Source of the DNA: Squalus acanthias | Lineage: Eukaryota | DNA: 64,000 nt | Assembly (NCBI GenBank): GCA_030390025.1 | Contig: CM059432.1 | Span: forward strand, 153,452,001 to 153,516,000 | Direction of reading: 5' to 3' | Made by a program: the position numbers and the translations under genes | Part shown: one piece after another, positions 23,240 through 36,358 of the stretch | How positions within the stretch are numbered: the stretch's first letter is position 1 | Layout of the letters: the number at the start of each line of letters is the position of its first letter | The notes under the pieces: model-generated | The model's database searches: none | What the model was told of the DNA's origin: nothing | Seen by the model: the letters and a program-made list of their open reading frames with translations, nothing else

Positions 23240-25249
23240 GGGGGAGAAATTTGTACTCGCCAAGAAACTTCCTGGTGTCACTGGCAACTGGAATTAACAG
23301 CCGCTGAAAATGGCTGCAATGCTAATGGGACAAAATTCGCCTGGGGGGCTACAGATTGGTGGTGTAGCGCTTATATTCCGTGCAACACCGTCCTGGTGGC
23401 GTTAGTGGAGGCATCCGACCCGAAGTTCCTGTCCAGGTGCGGCATTCAAGCTTCGCACAGCCTCTGGAACCTCAAAAAATGGGAAAAGTGCTTCAGCACT
23501 AACACAAATGGCTCAGCAAGCCAGGGAAGGGGCACCCAGGGTCTTGCATACAGCACTCCAGCTTTGTGCAGGGGGTCAACACTGCAAGACAGGTCCTCTA
23601 CCCACAGGGGCTTTGAGGCCCTCCAGAAAGAAGGATGTAGGACTACATCCCTGAGGCCGTCACTGCCAGCAGTGTCACCCCCACCACCTGGCTCCAGTGC
23701 CCAAAGAAGCTTCATGACCTCAGACCACTGGTCAAGGTCAGTGAATGCATCTTCAAAAGCTGTCTCCTACCAACTGCACCACTAGCCTCACACATTGCTC
23801 AATGCACAACCCTCACTCACTCACCTTCCAACAATCTGCACCAATCACAAGGCACATCTCTCATTCCTAGCCTCACCTCACCCCCTTGGAGGAGACAGTG
23901 CTGGCCATTCTTGGCAGGGGAATGGTTGAGCCCTTGGCCGCCAGCGGCGGGGCTGAAAGGATACAAGATGCTGGTATCCTCATACATTATCTGCCTTCCG
24001 GCATGTGCCTCATGCTTTCCCGCCCTCCCGTCACAACTCCACCCTTGTGCCTTCCTTATTTCACACACCCAAGAAACCCAGCCTGCCCAGCCAGTGGCTG
24101 ACCAAGAAGAGAAAGAGGAGAGTGAAGAACAAGAAGAAGATTGTTTTGACACTCCCAGCCACCAGCTCCTCAAGGTCAATCAGCAAGGCCATTTGCAGTG
24201 TCCCCCATTGAAAGTCAGCAGCCTTCCACCAGCCATGCTGCAGCCACTGGGGTAGCACTGCATGACATCAGTAGGATAGGCAAAGGCACACACAAGACAG
24301 TCACTAAGAGAATGCTTACGGGTGATGAGTTGATTTCTTGATGTCATATTGGATGGATAGATGTATATATTTGGATTGGAAAGTTTGCTTTTTGGTGGCT
24401 TTTATTTCAGCATCGTGGCCAAGAGGACATTGGGATGGTCAGTAACAGAGGGAAGGTAAGGTGTGGGACTAATGTTGAAAGGGAATTGGGGTTGTGGTCA
24501 CTAGGACCGCAGGCGGATGATTCCATCCTGGATATCCCGGCCAGAAAGGGGCTGTCTGGCATGTATCCTTCCGTCTACTTCTTCCTCTTCTGCGTCTTCC
24601 TCTTCTATATCTTCCTCTTCCCTCTGCAAGCTGATGCTGTAAATATGAAATGCCAGCATAAAATGCTGGAAATACTCAGGTGGTCAGGCAGCGTCTCGAC
24701 CTGAGACATGAACTCTTGTTTTTCTCTCCACGGATGTTGCATGATCTACTTAGTATTTGCAGCATTTTCTGTCTACTGAAAGGCCTTCATTTACCATCCG
24801 AGCCCTTGTAAGCATCCAGCAGCACTCCCTACACACTTAAAAAACTTTTAACATCTACTGCAGCAAGTCACTACCTCAACAAAATAAAATAAAAACAGTC
24901 CAAAAGCTTAAATACAAACTTATCTGAAAGATGTGTGTGTCCTTTTAAGAGGTGCTGACATCACCACTGTCAGCCTGCTTGCGTGCCAGGTTAACCTGGC
25001 ATTCTTAGGACCCAGCGTTAGGGTCGAAGTTCGCATTTGTGATGTTAAGTCGGCGTTGCACGCCGATTGACATCACAACGCCGCCATTTTGTCCAGCATG
25101 GCACTGCCAGTTACCGGCAGCGCAAAGGTAAGGACCATAATGGTGGCCACCGCGGGACCCGCCAGCAGCTGGAGAAAGAGTGGCAGCCGGTGTTTTAGCA
25201 CCAGTTAATGGTGCTACGGAGTGGCGCTCAGGCCACGAATTTCTAGCCC
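23240..25249 (-). mobile_element. Old internally deleted Harbinger element (Myb/SANT remnant on +, transposase C-terminal remnant on -)
   Basis: Ends GGGGGAGAAATT / AATTTCTAGCCC; ATG ~23508 gives MAQQAREGAPR (Myb N-terminal motif like ..RASPRFS); CAGTGCCCAAAGAAGCTTCATGACCTC..CAAGGTCAGT resembles QCxKKFxDL plus a donor; acidic tail on the minus strand at ~24570-24620. Confidence 0.6.
24655..24772. mobile_element. Inverted PLE terminal-repeat remnant
   Basis: AAAATGCTGGAAATACTCAG..GGCAGC faces CTCTCCACGGATG..AGTATTTGCAGCATTTTCTG; homologous to 15188..15282. Confidence 0.6.
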
Positions 25250-25999
25250 ACAGTCTTTAAAAAGTGTCAAAACTATCATAGTGATTTGTCTGATGTACCA
25301 CTGCAGCTGACTAAATGGGGCCCAGAAACACAAGACCATTGTGGGAAACTTTGTGAGCCATCTAAAGTTGAAGAGAAGCCAAAATTCCACCAACCTTGTG
25401 TGGACTATACGAAGGTGGAGTAAAATCTCCTGTTTCCTGTAGATATTAGTTCTTGATTTCTATGAACCCTCCACCTCTTTTAATGATGTAGTACCTTTGG
25501 TGGAGCCCAGTCTGCAGCTGAAATAATGAGCCTGAGGGAATGGGAGGATTTGAATTGCAGATTGTGAATGATATCTGCAACCGCACGTCTGATGTAGTCT
25601 TGGAACACTGACAGGAAAAAAAACTCAGGCAAAGTCAGCCCACTGGGATGGGCTGTGGGACATGGCATCATTTTACGAGGAGAGGATATGTTGTTCCTTT
25701 TTCCCCATAAAGTGGGTGTTCGATCCCGAAGGGTACCTCCTCTAGAAGTTAAAAAACAACTTTTATTGGACTTGGATGAGTCTTTATCCTTGGTCTCGAA
25801 CGCCAAAGTTCTAGACTGCTTTTGAGAAATTACCTTATATTCTTTGAAATAACCCATACACTCTCCCTCTCACACAACTAATTCTCAGGCCACAGACAGT
25901 TGGGGTCTGGGTCGCTGGCATCTTCCTTAGGAAACATTAAAAGTCTGCACTGCTCAATCTAGATACATGAAAAATTAGTAACTCCTCATAAAAGAGTAT

Positions 26000-26743
26000 G
26001 GGGGAAAAATTAGGTCGCGCCCCATTTGGGGCGCAAATATCGTCTGGACGCAAATATTAGCGCCTGGCGCTAATTATCGCCACTGACTGGAAACTTCACT
26101 TTTACCGCCCCGGGAGGTGAGTGGAGCGCTAAATCAGGCGCTGCACACCTGTCTTAAGGCGCAAAGGCCGAGCAGTGAGGCGCTAACTCAGCGCGCGAGC
26201 GCAGCGCAGGTGCTGCCAGATAGCGAGGGAACACAGACACACTGGCGCCGGCCAGTTCTTAAAGCGGGGGGGGGGCCAACTGTTAGGATCAGTAGGCAAA
26301 ACTACCTCACAAAGCGTTGACTCAATGCAGAAGTCTCTCTTTCTCTCTTTCCGAATCTCTCTCTCTCTCTCAGAACAAGTGGTGCAAAAATGTCAACCAC
26401 AGAAAAAGACAGGAAGAGGCCCCCTTTAAATAGCGCCCCCCCCAGCCCCACAGCGATTGATAGCGTTCCGGTCTTCCGGTCGTTGGATGCGCCAGGTGGT
26501 AAGGCAGGGGGGGCGCCACTCAATTTCCGCTCCGGGGCGCCACAAGGGCGTTGCACCATGGAATGACGTCACAATCTGCGCGCGCAGGTGGTCGCAGCGG
26601 TAAAGTTTAGCGCCGCCGCACAATCTCTAGTTAAGTTCCCGAGCGGTGCAAACATCGCTGCGCCCGGGCGTTAGCGGCTTTGCGCCCCATTAGCGCCCTC
26701 TTAAGGCGCTAACGGGAGGCGCAACCAACTGAATTTTTACCCC
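26000..26743. mobile_element. Harbinger MITE type III (arms like 21326 copy, different core)
   Basis: TIR GGGGGAAAAATT / AATTTTTACCCC; TSD TAT. Confidence 0.92.
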
Positions 26744-27807
26744 TATGTATATATAAATACACAAATTCACTTCCAATAGAAATATAAATCGTCCTAACCA
26801 GAAATATTAACCAACATGAAGGAAAGTTTAACCCACGAGCAAATCCCCCATTGGACAGGCCTCAGTAAACATCCCTGCTCCCAGGACCAGGAGGGATTAC
26901 TCATCCTTCTACAAGCTTCAGTTCTGTCATTGAAGCCACCTTCTGTGAGTGGAAGGTAAATAGAACAAATCTCCCAAAATATGATTTATAAGGATCTTAT
27001 GTTTTGCAGGTGTCCTTTGCTGATCTGTCCATTGCAGTCACATAAAAATCAATCTTCGATAATTAGCGCACAACTTCACAAACTTGGTATAGCAAGGGTT
27101 TAGCAATGTCAAATTGTGAACCACAGATAAATCTCTGATTGGAGCTGTTGGAAGTGGATCACACGGAAATGGCAGCCTTGCTTCCTACACACTCACTGTC
27201 AGTAAAAATAATTGGAGTGAGGTATTGCCACAAATTATCGAAAACAATGTCAGTAGGGAATGGACTGGGCACAGTGGCATCCAACAATCAAAGGTTCATA
27301 GCGCAAGGGAAGCTGCGATGTTGCTGCCCAGGCATCCATTTTATATGCCAATCAAAGTGATTCTACAGCTCAGGGAACAGCATGGGGTGCGGTAAATGGG
27401 AAGTGAGTAAATCTGTTAGTACAAATAAAATAGAAAAAATGTGCAGAGTCCCTCTTTGAAGTATGGGACAAGACAGCATCCGCTCCCCCCCCTCCACCCC
27501 AAACAAAAACAGCTTAAGAGGCAAAATGTCATTGTGAATAATCTACCACAAAAGAACAAAGAGTTGTTTATTGGTTAATATCTTGTCCTTCCTTGATACT
27601 CAAATTCGGTGCATTTTTGCAATATAGTTTTCACTGTATTCATTCTTTCAACTAAGTAAGTTATTCAGATACTTCTCACGTATTAGGGAGTAGTGTACGC
27701 TGGCCAGCATTGTGTGACATTTTCTTTTACGTACTGTTAAAATTTTTATGGAATCATTTCTCTTTCGTAATGATTTTGCAGCAATTTCCATAAATTGTCC
27801 CCTACAG

Positions 27808-27901
27808 TCCATGAGCTGTTGGATGAGAGCTGTGTGGCCTCAAATATTAACAATTGTCCTACATCTAGTAACTGGAATAAACATCGTTTCAATGCAGACA
27901 G
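27808..27901 (+). CDS. Candidate host-gene exon (94 bp), product unknown
   Basis: TTGTCCCCTACAG acceptor and CAG|GTAAAT donor in unique AT-rich DNA; two frames open (MSCWMRAVWPQILTIVLHLVTGINIVSMQT, or HELLDESCVASNINNCPTSSNWNKHRFNAD). Confidence 0.3.
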
Positions 27902-29904
27902 GTAAATATTACACATAAGCTAGATTTTTTTTTTGGGCTACAGCAACTGATATATTTATTCACAATTAAACAGAAGTATGAAGCACAAAAGAACTTATCA
28001 AAAACTACTGACTACAAAATCAAACACAAATACAATGAGCAAAGTGTATAATGGATTAGTTACCCTTTTCAATAACCTTTTCTGAAGAAATGTAATTGTC
28101 TTTTCTCATATTGAAAAATGGAATTACTGGCAAGGTGAATGTAACAGGCTTCGTCTTCTCATAGCACTTCCATATCAATGTGTCAACTGAAACTGCAATG
28201 TGATGTAAGCCTCATATTACAATCTGAGCAAATCCCAGAACTCAGAATGAACTGCTAAATTCAAGCAATCTCCACATTTTTTTCTTTCACAACAATATCC
28301 TCTACTTTCTATGAGGGTTAATTCTGCAATCCTATGCTTCCAGTGGGGAAACGGTGCTTGAAGGGAATGCAGGTCAGAGATAGGTTTATACAACGCTGTA
28401 ACCCCAACTCTCTGACCCACGCTCACTGTGGACACGGCTGCCCGCTGGCAATGTGGGATTGCAAAATTACCCCATAGTTTGAAGGCGTTAGTGCCAACGG
28501 TTACTGCTACAAATGATGTGGATAGGACCAGCCAATGGTGCAATCCACTTTTACTTTAAAGAATAAGAAAAACAGTAAATCCAAATGCTGCAGAAATTTT
28601 GATTTTTATAAAATTATGCTATTTTGTGTTACCAAAATTTAGTATTAAAATTCTGAATCTTTGAGTATCTCCGCAAACAATACAACTGGAATAGTAACAA
28701 AATGTCGTTTTGCTCCCCATAATTGTCTGTCCTTCGGGCCAGCTCAGTATCACCATGACCACTGAGCAAAAGATCTGTATTCAGAATTCTGGATCGCTGC
28801 CAAAAAAAATACTGGGTCCCTGTTTGAGATTCAAAGTTAATTCCAGTTTATTTAACCACAAACTAAATACAGCAGTCATTACAGGCAGGTAATTCTTCTG
28901 CATGGGTTTGGAACTGTAACTTATACCCATGTCATCTGGTAGACATTACCTCAATATCAACTACTATACCACTCCCAAAATGCCAGCGATGCCTACCATG
29001 CTAAATTACTACTAACAGGCTTCCCCATTTATGCCTCCCTCAACTTTTTAACATACTTGAAATGCAACAAGCCCCAACATTACATTCTTAATGTAGATAT
29101 TGATTCAGTCATGCCACTACACTATTTCACTGCTGTAATGAAGGGAGTGTGCTATCATTGTCTCATTTCATACCGCATGGCTTCTGTTGCGTGTCTCTTT
29201 ACCCACATGAAAGCAGTTCAGTATCATGTACGCAACTCTCTGCCCTGTTCTCACAGAACGAGACGGTCTAATTAGCACCCTAGATTGAAGGGCTGCATGT
29301 TTCTCATTGGCAGACAGGACCCATGGATACTATCCCCAGAAAGGGAAATCAGTGGGCCTCTTTTAAAATCAACGTGTAATCCCACTGGGTGAGGCTGACT
29401 TTTAATAGTAACACCTAACAGCTGCTTTAGGCTGTTCACGTAACAGACAAATTAAATCAAGAATAGCGGGAGAATAAGTTTGCAGTCTGACCATTAGAAT
29501 CATTTTCGCGTGTTTCAGAAGTCATGCGCATCTTTTTATATTTAAGACTAAATTTTTTATGAACTTCCTTTCCGCAACGATCATGGCCGACTCGATTGCC
29601 GCTGATTGCTCCCTTACGTGACTTTCTGTCTGGCAAAACAGAAATTCCTGACAGCTTTAATCTTAGTTGACCTCCCGGCCAATGCTGCCTCACAGCCTGG
29701 TGACACACAATGTCCTTTTGTCCGCACCACAGTATTTCATAGTCAAATCACACTTTGTTCCATGTGCAACGAGTAGTGTAAATGGAAGGTTATTTGAGAA
29801 AAAAAATCAAAAGCAAAATTATAAGTTAATGTGGGGGTTTTAGTGATCAGGGTGCTCCAAATAATGTTATAATACGAGATACAACAAAAAAACAGCATAC
29901 GCAG

Positions 29905-30010
29905 TTAGAAAGACTTGCATTTATATAGCACCTTTCACGACCACCGGACGTCCCAAAGTGCTTTACATCCAATGAATTACATTTAGAAGTGTAGTCACTC
30001 TTGCAATGTA
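29905..30010 (-). mobile_element. Deu-type SINE 3' tail fragment
   Basis: GAAAGACTTGCATTTATATAGCACCTTTCACGACC..GGACGTCCCAAAGTGCTTTACA..GAAGTGTAGTCACT. Confidence 0.75.
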
Positions 30011-30409
30011 GTGTTAGAGGCATGAGTTTAAATGTTGTGCAGGTCCAAACATTTTTTGCCCCTATTTTTAACAGCAAAATACTTTCACATAATGCCATGC
30101 ACTAAACAAAATGTTCTCATGAAAAGCCAGGGCAAACTGGCATGATAGTGCCTCATTGTCATATTTTTAATGTGGCTTCACAATAGGGGTGATTCCACAA
30201 TCAGGTGCTCCCAAAGAGCAGCAGTCGGAAGGAGTGCATCGTGAGAAACTGTGGGCCGGCTGCCCGTGACTCAAATTAGCGGATGGAAGATTTCTACCCC
30301 GCACCCGAGATTGCCAGTGTCCCCAGCGAGCACCACTTCTGACTGCGAGTGGCGGATGGCAGAAACGGCCCTAAAATCTCCGTGTGCACCACAAAAAACT
30401 TACAAATCA

Positions 30410-30571
30410 GGCCCTGAATTTCCGCAGGGGTTCTGCTGGTGTAACTTCGACAGGAGAGCGGCAGAACATCTCGGAGAAATGATGCCAATGACATTTACAT
30501 CGTTTCTCCAGGGGTTCTGCTCATCTCCCACCAGAGTTACACCAGAAGAACCCCCGCGGAAATTCATGGCC
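30410..30571. mobile_element. Foldback (hairpin) Harbinger-type MITE
   Basis: ~75-bp imperfect arms GGCCCTGAATTTCCGCAGGGGTTCTGCTGGTGTAACT / AGTTACACCAGAAGAACCCCCGCGGAAATTCATGGCC; flanks TCA and TTA. Confidence 0.75.
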
Positions 30572-31042
30572 TTAAAGTCAAAAGCCATCTTCCGAGGGCC
30601 ATTATTATCCCTTTGTCTTGCAAGATTCAAAAACACTTTTCATGGGCCACAAGGCGGAGATCACGAGGTTCTGCTGCTGGTGCCGCTCCAGGCAAAAGAT
30701 CAAGCTTTCCCTAATTCTGTGACCCACGCTCCTGTCTAGTGAGGCTCAGCAGTAACAGCAGACCCTCACAATCTCCACCCTAACATTTGGACTTGAGCCA
30801 AATCAAAGATTCAAAGTAAAGGTTCTGCACTTAAGAAACAAAAGTACAATGCTGTTATCTTAATTGTTTAACTTCCTTCTAAGTGTTCTTTTTTCTTAAT
30901 GTCTTTCTGTCAGGGCCCGTTCTTGTCCATTTTATGTAAAACCTTTGACTTTCTTTCTATCCCCCCCCGCCTCTTTTCTCACCAATTTCCTCCCTAATCA
31001 CTTTAGGGAGAGGAAGCAGGAACATGGATTACATGTTACTGA

Positions 31043-31297
31043 GGCACCGTCTGCCTGCTCAGGTAGATGTACAAGATCCCATGCCACTATTCAGGGAGTT
31101 CTCCTGAGCTCCTGAACAACGCTCCATCAAAAACAGATTAAATGATCATTCATTCATTGTTGTTTATGGGAATTTTATGTATGTTTATTGGCTGCTGTGT
31201 TTGTCTATATTACTGTGACTATACTTCAGAAGTAATTCAGTGGGTGTGAAGCACTTTGGGACATCCTATGGATATGTAAGGCATTGTATAAATTTAG
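31043..31297 (+). mobile_element. Degenerate Deu-type SINE
   Basis: CGTCTGCCTGCTCAGGTAGATGTACAAGATCCCATGCCACTATT..GTGACTATACTTCAGAAGTAATTC..AAGCACTTTGGGACATCC, homologous to 5310..5762. Confidence 0.7.
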
Positions 31298-31479
31298 GCT
31301 ACATATAGAGACACCACAAGTCCCGGCCAGTCTGAAAAATTTAATCTTTGGGCGTTGGCCAACCAGTCGAGCACACTGGCCAGCCATCCATTCCGGCAGC
31401 TAAGAGGCCGGAGCCACTGTTAGGCCCGGGCCATCCCGCCCCAAACTGGCATCTCCATGCAACCGATCTCTTTGACCTT

Positions 31480-31613
31480 GGCCTAGAAATTCGTCTTGGG
31501 CAGTGGCGCAAAGTGGGCAGTATCAGGTCGGCCGCCCGCAGTGCCTGATATTCAGTTCCATTGCAGTCAATACTGCCCAGTTTGCGCAACCGCCCGAGAC
31601 GAATTTCTAGACC
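31480..31613. mobile_element. Foldback Harbinger-type MITE (134 bp)
   Basis: ~44-bp arms GGCCTAGAAATTCGTCTTGGGCAGTGGCGCAAAGTGGGCAGTAT / ATACTGCCCAGTTTGCGCAACCGCCCGAGACGAATTTCTAGACC; TSD CTT. Confidence 0.85.
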
Positions 31614-32119
31614 CTTGTCTATGGTGGTAGCTCGGAACCCTTTCTCCCATTGGTGTCCAATTATTCTTGCCTCTGTGACACACTGCAGGGAGTTTTATTA
31701 TGTTGCAGGCAAAATACGAACGTGAGAGCCAATGTATTTAAGGGCGGGGTAAAACCAGCAGCAAAACCTAAGGGTAAATTTTCCGCTTCTGTGCTCTGGT
31801 CACATGTGTGTTGTGAAATTGCGCACCTCCAACCCATGGTTTGCCACCCAGTATGGGCTGGTAATTTCACGATACCTGCTCCTGGTTTATACCCAGAGTA
31901 GAGAAGTGAAATATATATCCTCAAATGTACAAACTACTCCCTGTAGCTTGAAAAATAAAATAAAAATTCCAACACACAGCCACTTGCACACTCCTTTCAT
32001 ATCCAGAGGTTAATTTTTAAAGATTGCTGCTCAAAGACTGCGTGCTGCAGTGAGATAGCACGTTGTTTATTCGCTTGCACGGGTCCTGGGTTGGAATGAC
32101 CCCAAACTGATGGGCTGAC

Positions 32120-32952
32120 TTACATAGGATTACATGTGATATACGGCACAGAAACAGGCCATTTGGCCCAACCAGTCCATGCCGGTGTTTATGCTCCACA
32201 TGAGCCTCTTCCTGTCTTTCCTCATCTAAATCTATCAGCATAACCCTCTATTCCCTTCTCCCTCATATGCTTGTCTAGCCTCCCCTTAAATGCATCTATA
32301 ATATTTGCCTCAACCACTCTCTGTGGTAGCGAGTTCCACATTCTCACCACTCTCTGGGTAAAGAAGTTTCTTCTGAATTCCCGATTTGATTTCTTGGTGA
32401 CTATCTTATATTGATAACCTCTAGTTATGCTCTTCCCCACAAGTGGAAACATTCTCTCTGTATCTCCTCTATCAAAACCTTTCATAATTTTAAAGACCTC
32501 TATTAGGTCACCCCTCAGCCTTCTTTTTTCAACAGAAGAGACCCAGCCTGTTCATCCTTTCCTGATATATATACCCTCACATTTCTGGTATCATCCTTGT
32601 AAATCTTCTCTGCAACCTCTCCAGTGCCTCTATATCCTTTTTATAATATGGCGACCAGAATTGTACGCAGTACTCCAAGTGTGGTCTAACCAAGGTTCGA
32701 TACAAGTTTAGCATAACTTCACTACTTTCAATTCTATCCCTCTAGAAATAAACCCTAGTGCTTGTTTTTTTTATGGCCTTGTTAACCTGTGTCGCAACTT
32801 TTAGTGATTTGTGTATTTGTACTCTGAGATCCCTTTGTTCCTCTACCCCACAAAGACTCGCACCCTTCAAGTGATAAGTGACCTCCCTATTCTTCCTACC
32901 AAAATGTAATACCTCACATTTATCTGTGTTGAAATTCATTTGCCAATTCATT
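32120..32952 (-). mobile_element. CR1 3' fragment
   Basis: ORFs WQMNFNTDKCEVLHFG and RRNFFTQRVVRMWNSLP; 3' UTR with GGGCCAAATGGCCTGTTTCTGTGC. Confidence 0.92.
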
Positions 32953-33000
32953 TGAAATTCTTGTTCCTCTGTGGGCTATAAGGATCCGAAGTAAAATGCG

Positions 33001-33640
33001 CTGTCGACTGTCCCAGCCCAGGTGCCAGTCTGCACGGGCACTGTCGACTGTCCCAGCCCAGGTGCCAGTCTGCACGGGCACTGTCGACTGTCTCAGCCCA
33101 GGTGCCAGTCTGCACGGGCACTGTCGACTGTCTCAGCCCAGGTGCCAGTCTGCACGGGCACTGTCGACTGTCCCAGCCCAGGTGCCAGTCTGCACGGGCA
33201 CTGTCGACTGTCCCAGCCCAGATGCCAGTCTGCACGGGCACTGTCGACTGTCCCAGCCCAGGTGCCAGTCTGCACGGGCACTGTCGACTGTCCCAGCCCA
33301 GGTGCCAGTCTGCACGGGCGCTGTCGACTGTCCCAGCCCAGGTGCCAGTCTGCACGGGCGCTGTCGACTGTCCCAGCCCAGGTGCCAGTCTGCACGGGCA
33401 CTGTCGACTGTCCCAGCCCGGGTGCCAGTCTGCACGGGCAGTGTCGACTGTCCCAGCCCAGGTGCCAGTCTGCACGGGCGCTGTCGACTGTCCCAGCCCA
33501 GGTGCCAGTCTGCACGGGCGCTGTCGACTGTCCCAGCCCAGGTGCCAGTCTGCACGGGCGCTGTCGACTGTCCCAGCCCAGGTGCCAGTCTGCACGGGCG
33601 CTGTCGACTGTCCCAGCCCAGGTGCCAGTCTGCACGGGCA
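33001..33640. repeat. Minisatellite, 16 x 40 bp
   Basis: Unit CTGTCGACTGTCCCAGCCCAGGTGCCAGTCTGCACGGGC(A/G), head to tail with no spacers; only five variable positions. Confidence 0.98.
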
Positions 33641-34967
33641 GTGCCAGCCAGAGGAAAGCACGTGGACCTTTATCGGGATGTGTAACTTATGCGCCAAACC
33701 GATAGGGGGTGCTCTTCTGAGGTAGCGGGTTATTCTGGGATGAATGTTTAAAAGAAATCACAATTTCACAAAGTTTGACACACTCAGCACATTCAACAGC
33801 TCAATAAGCCCTGCATTGGGTAATTTCCAGGGGTGGGTGAGGCTCACGTGTCAGCAGCGCCTAGCGGAAATTTGGGCATGAACTGCTTGCAATGATCTCG
33901 TAAAGTTACCTCTTTTATTGTTCCTTTTTTCTCCACTAAAAAAATAAGCAAATGAATAGTAAATGACGAAGTACAGGAAAGGTAAGAGATAATGATTTGA
34001 TTTTCTTCAGGGAGCTGACCCAATAGTTTTGAATAGTAATCCAAGTTTTAGAGATGGAAAGTACTGCAAAATATCAAGATAAAAGTACACTTGATGTATC
34101 TGTGAGGAAATTACTACAGTTAGGAACTAATTTCCCTAATCAAAAACATGCATCGGTGCAGTTCAAGCAAGCAGTTTTAGACTTTCTCAGCGCATTGCTT
34201 CCCTCTGGAAGCACAGTGATGTAATTGTCTTGGGGAAACACTAAAGTTTACATGAAACCACGGTTCCCGAGATATATTAGTCACTGTACTGCGGACAAAG
34301 TTTAAGCACACGGGCCGACTTTACGAAGGAGCGATGTGCCTGAGAGGCAAGACTCCCTGGTGGTAATGAGCATTCGTAAAATAAACCCGATGAATTTGTA
34401 CTTGCGGATTCTGCAGGTTTAAATCCTGTCTGATAATGTGTGAGACCCAGGCAGCTTCATAATGACCTGTCAGCAGCTCAGCTCAATGTTTCTAAACATT
34501 GCATGATTTCCCTGTACATTTTCAACAGTTTGAAATTGATTACAAAGTGTGGGATAGTTGGGATGTGTGGGGCACATAATTTACTTACGGAAGGAATTAT
34601 AACATGTAACTGGCTTTTACCATAACACAAAAATTCGAAGTCTATTTATCATTGCTGTTATTTTTTCCCCAGTCACGCTTGCTTGCTCACTTTAATACAA
34701 AACAAGAACAGCCAAATATCAAAGGAGAGAATTTTTAAATACTGAAATGCTCCAGTGTCATCCAGAGTCAGGTATATTGTCAGTAAATCTGTTACGGTTA
34801 ACACTGATCAAGTGCTGCCAGCAAAAAGGATCAGACTGCTGCTGGGCCCCAATTTTAATCTCCCGTACCTGACAACAACAGGGTGGGAAGGGTTAAAATC
34901 CTTGCCAATCCATGCTGCACTTCTGAAGTACATCCCCTCTTGCTATGTAGAGAAACGAGAATAAGTC

Positions 34968-36358
34968 TTTTTTTTACTCGTTCATGTGATGTGGGCGTCG
35001 CTGGCAGGGTCAGCATTTATTACCCATCCCTAATTGCCCTTGAGAAGGTGGTGGGGAGCCACCTTCTTGAACCACTGCAGTCCGTGTAGTGAAGGTACTC
35101 CCACAGTGCTGTTAGGTAGGGAGTTCCAGGATTTTTACCCAGGGACGATGAAGGAACAGCGATATACTTCCAAGTCAGGATGGTGTGTGACTTGGAGGGG
35201 AACTTGGAGGTGGTGGTGTTCCCATGCGCCTGCTGCCCTTGTTCTTCTAGGTGGTAGAGGTCGCGGGTTTGGGAGGTGCTGCCGAAGAAGCCTTGGCGAG
35301 TTGCTGCAGTGCATCTTGTAGATGGTACACACTGCAGCCACGGTACGCCGGTGGTGGAAGGAGTGAACGTTTAAGGTGGTGGATGGGGTGCCAATCAAGC
35401 GGGCTACTTTGTCCTGGATGGTGTTGAGCTTCTTGAGTGTTGTTGGAGCTGCACTCATCCAGGCAAGTGGAGAATATTCCATCACACTCCTTACTTGTGC
35501 CTTGTAGATGGTGGAAAGACTTTGGGGAATCAGGAGGGGAGCCACTCGCCGCAGAATACCTGGCCTCTGACCTACTCTTGTTGCCACAGTATTTATGTGG
35601 CTGGTCCAGTTAAGTTTCTGGTCAATGGTGACCCCCCAGGATGTTGATGGTTGGGGATTCGGCTATGTTAATGCCGTTGAATGTCAAGGGACGGTGGTTA
35701 GACTCTCGCTTGTTGGAGATAGTCATTGCCTGGCACTTGTGTGGTGCGAATGTTACCTGCCACTTATCAGTCCAAGCCTGCATGTCATCCAGGTCTTGTT
35801 GCATGCGGGCATGGATTGCTTCATTATCTGAGGAGTTGTGAATGGCACTGAACACTGTGCAGTCATCAGCGAACATCCCCATTTCTGACCTTATGTTGGA
35901 GGGAAGGTCATTGATGAAGCAGCTGAAGATGGTTGGGCCTAGGACACTGGCCTGAGGAACTCCTGCAGCGATGTCCTGGGGCTGCGATTATTGACCTCCA
36001 ACCACCACAACCATCTTCCTTTATGCTAGGTATGACTTCAGCCAGTGGAGAGTTTTCCCCCGATTCCCATTGACTTCAGTTTTACTAGGGCTCCTTGATG
36101 CCACACTTGGTCAAATGCTGCGTTGATGTCAAGTGCAGTCACTCTCACCTCACCTCTGGAATTCAGCTCCTTTGTCCATGTTTGGACCAAGGCTGTAATG
36201 AGGTCTTGAGCCGAGTGGTCTTGGCGGAACCCAAACTGAGCATCAGTGAGCAGGTCATTGGTGAGTAAGTGCCGCTTGATAGCACTGTCGACGACACCTT
36301 CCATCACTTTGCTGATGCTTGGGAGTAGACTGATGGGGCGGTAATTGGCCGGATTGGA
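34968..36358 (-). mobile_element. Second copy of the second LINE family, 5'-truncated
   Basis: ORFs 36038..36307, 35622..35882 (MFADDC) and 35135..35587 closely match 17398-18800; poly-T at 34968. Confidence 0.93.

Noticed and set aside
25480..25960. Minus-strand exon-like segments (AG/GT-bounded, ~25495-25610 and ~25834-25958)
   Set aside because: One has stops in all frames, the other has a weak donor and no recognisable product; insufficient support.
33001..33640. CRISPR-like array or repeat-protein gene (six overlapping ORFs)
   Set aside because: Units are contiguous with no unique spacers, there are no cas genes and the context is eukaryotic. The ORFs arise because the 40-bp unit lacks stop codons.
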